Shown in pieces: positions 24,255 through 24,776 of a stretch of DNA of 24,776 bases (within the stretch, counting starts at the first letter, position 1; each line of letters opens with the position of its first letter). The stretch is from a virus (lineage: Duplodnaviria > Caudoviricetes), in IMG/VR virus record IMGVR_UViG_3300042894_000328, positions 1-24,776 of that record; one strand, given 5' to 3'. A program made the position numbers and the translations under genes. Below the pieces are notes generated by a model. That model was not told where the DNA came from. It did not search any database and was given only the letters and a program-made list of their open reading frames with translations.

Positions 24255-24776
24255 TCTTCAATTCCTCTAGCGCTACGTCCGAGACGGCCCGCTTGTCGTG
24301 CAGCGCCGCCCATATCCGTTCGTCGATGGTTTTGTCCGTCAACATGACGTAGACCCAAACGTCGTGCTTCTGCCCGCTGCGGTGCAGCCGCCCGACGGTT
24401 TGTTCGTAAAGCTCCAGCGACCACGGCAGCGACATGAACACCATGTGGCAACCGCCGTGCTGAAGGTTGAGGCCGTGACCGGCTGACTTGGGGTGAATGA
24501 GCAGCAGCTCAACCTCGCCACGGTTCCAGCGCTCAATGACGTTGCTGTCGTCAATCGTCTGCGCGTGCGGGAACCGGCGCTTCAGTTCGGCCAGCTCTTC
24601 CTGATAGTTGTAGACGACGATGGTGTTGGCCCGCTGGTTTTCCTCCAGCAGCTCGGCCAGCCGGTCGAACTTGTGCGCGCTGAACCAGATCGACGGCGTG
24701 CCAGCGTCGCGGTTGTAGACGAAGCCGGACGCCATCTGTTGCAGCTTGGTCGTCACCGCTGCGGCGTTCTGGGCGA
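24241..24776 (-). CDS. SNF2-like superfamily 2 helicase, C-terminal part (5' truncated by the window)
   Basis: KLQQMASGFVY, motif V HPKSAGHGLNLQ, motif VI YEQTVGRLHRSGQ. The frame is open to the window edge. Confidence 0.9.
   Translation of the reverse strand, partial: AQNAAAVTTKLQQMASGFVYNRDAGTPSIWFSAHKFDRLAELLEENQRANTIVVYNYQEELAELKRRFPHAQTIDDSNVIERWNRGEVELLLIHPKSAGHGLNLQHGGCHMVFMSLPWSLELYEQTVGRLHRSGQKHDVWVYVMLTDKTIDERIWAALHDKRAVSDVALEELKNGET

Noticed and set aside
1-24776. tRNA, rRNA, integrase/att site, introns or inteins, genome-wide stop-codon recoding
   Set aside because: None recognisable. terL, portal and coat are uninterrupted, and TAA, TAG and TGA all terminate genes normally.

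Overview
The window is the complete packaging, virion and lysis arm of a P22-like (short-tailed, podovirus-type) dsDNA phage or prophage with high GC content, probably infecting an alphaproteobacterium (host is inference only). The + strand order is terS, an unusual Met/Phe/Gly-rich FG-repeat ORF, terL, four tiny basic ORFs, P22-like portal, a Dps/ferritin-like (DUF5856-like) protein, a head-spike/fibre cluster, scaffold, P22 gp5-type coat, two decoration-like proteins, gp4-, gp10- and gp26-position tail proteins, tail fibre, a gp14/GNAT-like protein, three ejection proteins, and a holin/endolysin/membrane-peptide lysis cassette. The converging - strand arm carries DUF3310 and the C-terminus of an SNF2-type helicase. 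The first ~1.2 kb is a dense non-coding control region with mirror-image divergent promoters, an iteron-like repeat array, a candidate pseudoknotted RNA, tandem PhaR-like palindromes and a G-tract/T-tract. The most notable observations are: (1) a head fibre split in-frame by a single TAA, whose separated LxLDF motif recurs as a loop in the tail gp10 protein (possible plug-in lectin display); (2) strong lysine depletion of ejection and exposed virion proteins; (3) the FG-repeat protein between terS and terL; (4) candidate structured RNAs upstream of terS and of the scaffold gene. All family assignments come from motif and synteny recognition by eye, with no database searches.
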